Part shown: positions 59,898 to 64,000 of the stretch, in pieces
Layout of the letters: the number at the start of each line of letters is the position of its first letter
How positions within the stretch are numbered: position 1 is the stretch's first letter
Assembly (NCBI GenBank): GCA_964187785.1
Contig: OZ076409.1
Coordinates: 37,636,001-37,700,000, forward strand
Origin: Amphiscolops sp. MND2022
Lineage: Eukaryota
DNA: 64,000 bases
Direction: 5' to 3'
Notes under the pieces: generated by a model
Databases searched by the model: none
The model's input: only the letters and a program-made list of their open reading frames with translations
What the model was told of the DNA's origin: nothing
Translations under genes and position numbers: made by a program

Positions 59898-62800
59898 TTT
59901 CATGACCGGAAGTTGAAAACACTGAAACCGGAAGTCACATCAAAGTTTCTTTGGTGAAAACAATTAGAACATATATCTCGTCTAACATCGTTTATAATCT
60001 ACGTAGATATTTTTTTCTGGTTTTCAGAAGTTTACAAAAGTGTCAAATGTGGTATTTTCGACTTTTTGGGACCAATGTGAAAGATTGCTGACATAAGCAT
60101 GCTGTTATCTTTTCGAAAAGCCTACTTGATAACGATTTTCTTCACTTTTGAACAATTTCAACATTTAAGAATAATTCAAAAAGTTTACGAAGTTTACATG
60201 AAAAACGATTTCAAAAGTTCGTCACACTTGCAATCATTCGGAGGTAATTTTAGTTGTCGCCTTTTCCCATCAGGAAAAAGCCCAACTATCACAGTGGGTA
60301 GTTTTTTCCAGTTCACTCTATATGGTCCACCTTTTTGACCTTTTTTTCAACATTTTAATTTTAGTTTAGAGATATTTCAGTTGGGATAAAAATTCGGATA
60401 TAACGTTTTCAATGTTCAGATAAAACATTTTCAGATAAAAGTCCTTCTTTCTTCCTTGAACGTTTTGAACCCTCTAATTCATGAAAACTATCAGACATTG
60501 AACAAAATGTGTTTGAAAAACGACGAAAATTAGAAACTTTCGTAGTTTTGCTTAGTTTTGTGTCTATTTGAAGTTTTTTTCTAAAAAAGTGCATTAAAAA
60601 GTAAAAAGCGGAAAAATTTGGTCTTTTTGTTCATTTTGGTTACAATTTGATGCCTTTTTTTCATGAAACAGCCTGTGTTTTTTCAAATTGGGCCTCCTGA
60701 ATAACTATTTTTTTCCTTTTCAAACCTATTCATTTTAAGTCCCGATATCTATCAAAACTTTGACAAAATTGCATAAGAAATCGGAATTATTTGGAATTTT
60801 TGTTAATTCCCGTCACATTTTGAAGTTTTTTCAAAAGAAGATTCCCCTTTTTTCTTCAGAAAAGCTTCCTAAGCAAAAAGTGCATGAAAACACTAAAAAT
60901 TGAAAAACTTTTTAGTTTTTGTCATTTTTGTGTCATTCTGGGGTCTTTGGCAGTCAGCCAAAAAAGTCCAAAAATACGTATCGCATGAAACTTATTTTAG
61001 TTCAGTTTAATTCTATGGGTGAAATCCTTTAACTTGGGCATAAATATGGAACATGGGATGTTTCGAAGAAAAAACCGTTTCAATCAAAGATTTTTCCTCT
61101 CATATAGAATATGGGCAGAAAATGAGCAGGAATTCGTTTTCCATCACAATTTCAAGAGTTCTTTTCGGAGTCGGAATAGTCTTTGACATTCGGATTTAAT
61201 GTAATGAACTAAAAATTATTCCACTACAAGAAGCTTGCTTCTTTGCACTTCCTGGGAGCCATCATTAGTGCAGGAAAGTTTTCCATGCTGCATTCATGCG
61301 TACAGGCTAGTTTTTCTATTAAAAAAACATGGAAAAGTCAGGGACCCTAGGAACCCTAGTACTCTAATGCTAGCAATCTTAATGAAATATCGATAATTTG
61401 TTGAATCCAATTTAGAGAAGTGACGATATTGATGCATGGGATGCACAGCACTGTATGATACCGGTTCCGAAACAGCTTTTTCAATATAATTATATTTCAA
61501 TTGCAGTAATTGGATTTTTTCCTCATTTTGAGGGACGTTGACGATGTCTTACGTTCTTCTGTTAGAAAATAGCCAACTATGGATTAAAGATTACCAGAAA
61601 GTTCAGGAAAAATAGTCACATTGATTGCATCTACAAAATACTTTAACACGTGAATGATTTTCCTAATCAGAAACTTCAAACATCAGCTAGTTATTTTAGC
61701 AGTTTTCTGACTGGATTGCAAAGTTTTTGGACTAAAATTTTTTGGCAATAATTGTCTTTGCAGAGTTCTCACTTTTAGGCTGATTCGAGATCTTTTATGG
61801 ATAAATCAGACATCAGACAATAAATGGACAAAGACTCTTTTGGTCGAACATTCGACTCAAATTCAATGAATAATTTATGCGCTGAAAACAAAACAGAGTT
61901 TCAAAAAAATAAAAAAAAAACGATCAAAATTGCCAGTGAGGAGCTTTACTTGCAACAGAATTATATAAATGGATTCTGGACAATAGATTGATGTACTTTG
62001 TTGATTAAACCAGTTCTCCAACTTAATTTGCGAAGCATGTCAAATTGCAAGCTACTCACTGAGAGTGCCCAAGATGCTCCATGTTGATTTTCATTTCAGA
62101 TATCATCAAAATTGTGATTATTTTTTTCAATTATTTCACATGTATTAAGATGATTCGTGCATTTGAGTTTGGGGCATGTTTGATTTCCTCTGGGATTATA
62201 GCATCAAGTGAAATACAAATTTAAAAACCGAACGTATTAGTACAGAACGTATCAATTGATATCTGGAATTTCTCCTATCTGCATACATAGAAAAAGAACA
62301 TTTGAAATTTGCATTTTTTGTTGAAGATAAGTTTAAAACAAGTTGTTCCAGAAATTTACTGGGTTTTTACGGTATAATTCATGATTATCAAGACGACTTC
62401 TTTGTTCACGAGGTTTCTAGAATACTAACGATCGCCCGGAACATTCTTTTTTCAACTGTAGTTCAAACACTCTAATCATTGTATTGCCACAGGTTGGCCT
62501 GCAGCTGTAACGTCCAGCAAAAGACGTCACAAAAATTCGATGAAATGTGCGATAGCAAAATTTCTAAATCAAGATGGCCGACCTGACAGGTACTGAAAAT
62601 TGAAAAGGATGATGAAAAAAAGTGCAAACCACCCCCCACCCTACCCGAGAGAGAACACACCGTCACAGAAGTATCGCCGAAATCGCCGTGTTGTGCCATC
62701 TCCCTCGGAAGACGTCCCAGCTGCCAGCAGAACCCGAAGAATGGCCCAAGAGATGAAGAAACTCAGAAGTTTGCATATTTTGCATGTGCCACCTAGTAGG

Positions 62801-64000
62801 TCCAAGACCAAGGCTCGCTGACACTGACGCCTGATGTTTTCTGAATCTATTGTACCATATTTGCGGTTTTTGTAGATGTTTGGTGATGTTTTACCCCTTA
62901 TTTCACCCAGTTTAGACGTTATTCACTAATTGAATGCACTTTGGCTAAACCCCTGTTTTTGGACCTCGGAGGTATGTAGGAACACGCAGGAACATTAGGA
63001 ATTGTTTTTACTGGCTTGTGGGACGTGTCCGGACTTTGAGAGAGCCGGCACGTCGCCTCGGAGCTCTAGCTGAGGAGACTCCTTAGGCGTATAGGAAAAG
63101 TCCCTTTTAGGAGACCATTTTGGGATTAAAAACTAATGTCTAGGTTGTAGTAAGACACTGGTCTCCTGTTCAAGCAATCTAGGCATTGTCCCACTTCTAT
63201 GATGTACTCTGCTAGGTGGTTGACGTTACATCTAGAATAGTTTTTATGGCGCCCCACAAGGGACATTTTTCCATCTTTTCGCCATAATTGGAGTTTTTCC
63301 TGCTTTCCGGCCCTGTTAGGTCCAGATCTAGGAAAACATTTTGGAGAGTCCTAGATTATTTTTATTGCCTTAGTCAAGCCTGGTAGGCTTTCTTCTAGCT
63401 GAATTCCTGCGTTTCCTGCATGTTTCCGAGGTCTGAGATGAGAAATAACTGTTTAATTACAAAGTACCGTTTCGACACCGTTTCTCTGTACCGAGATTAA
63501 CCATCCGGCTTAACCGGATTCTGTTTTAAAGGGTTTTGTAGTCTCATTTCAGCTTAGTTGTAATGTATTGGGACTGCAGGGACGTGGTGTGAGCGCCTCC
63601 ACTAGCTGTGACGACGGAGTGACGTCCTTCACGGCAACACCCCATTGACCCACTGGTGGATCACTACGAATCGGCTGGGTTACAATCTCCTTTTTTGTTT
63701 TTGTGGCTTTAAAAGCCTATTCCCAAGCGTACTCCCATTAGTAAGAACTGAGAAAAATACACACTGGGTATTCCGATTGTTTTCTGAAAAAATATAGCGA
63801 GCTAGCTATAACACCCTATATAGCTCTAATTTCGATTTGGTTACTTTTAAAAGTCGAAATTTTTCAGAAGGTAGTACGAACAATGGGAATACAATAAAAA
63901 CGTTCCATTAGACCTATCAGGTCAGGAACAGAAAAATTTGTTTAGCTAAATTGTGAAAAACACCGAAAACTTTAGCGATTTTTGTTTGAAAACGTCAACT

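Overview
AT-rich, transposon-saturated eukaryotic DNA, most likely from an invertebrate animal; the species cannot be determined from sequence. The dominant feature is an intact, very young, unusually large (19.2 kb) Ty3/Gypsy LTR retrotransposon at 15662-34895 (+). Its 735-bp LTRs differ only by two 1-nt indels that I could see. It has a 2.6-kb leader and a single-frame 3178-aa gag-pol with an atypical domain set: a degenerate second protease domain, a dUTPase-like segment, and after the integrase an ~790-aa tail with AT-hooks, a Cys cluster and two tandem TARG1/OARD1-like macrodomains lacking catalytic residues. A second 1455-aa ORF sits in the env position but is not env-like; it contains an apparently inactive SGNH/GDSL-fold domain. 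The element is inserted in a small TIR element, inside a ~40.6-kb intron of a minus-strand rhodopsin-class GPCR gene (exons at 41043-~41400 and 171-408) that may be a pseudogene. The rest comprises a decayed BEL/Pao element, a decayed Copia with nested insertions, a frameshifted Tc1, Helentron-type non-autonomous elements, several MITEs and a 3x ~2.15-kb tandem array. All domain calls are by eye from motifs and need HMM or structure confirmation.
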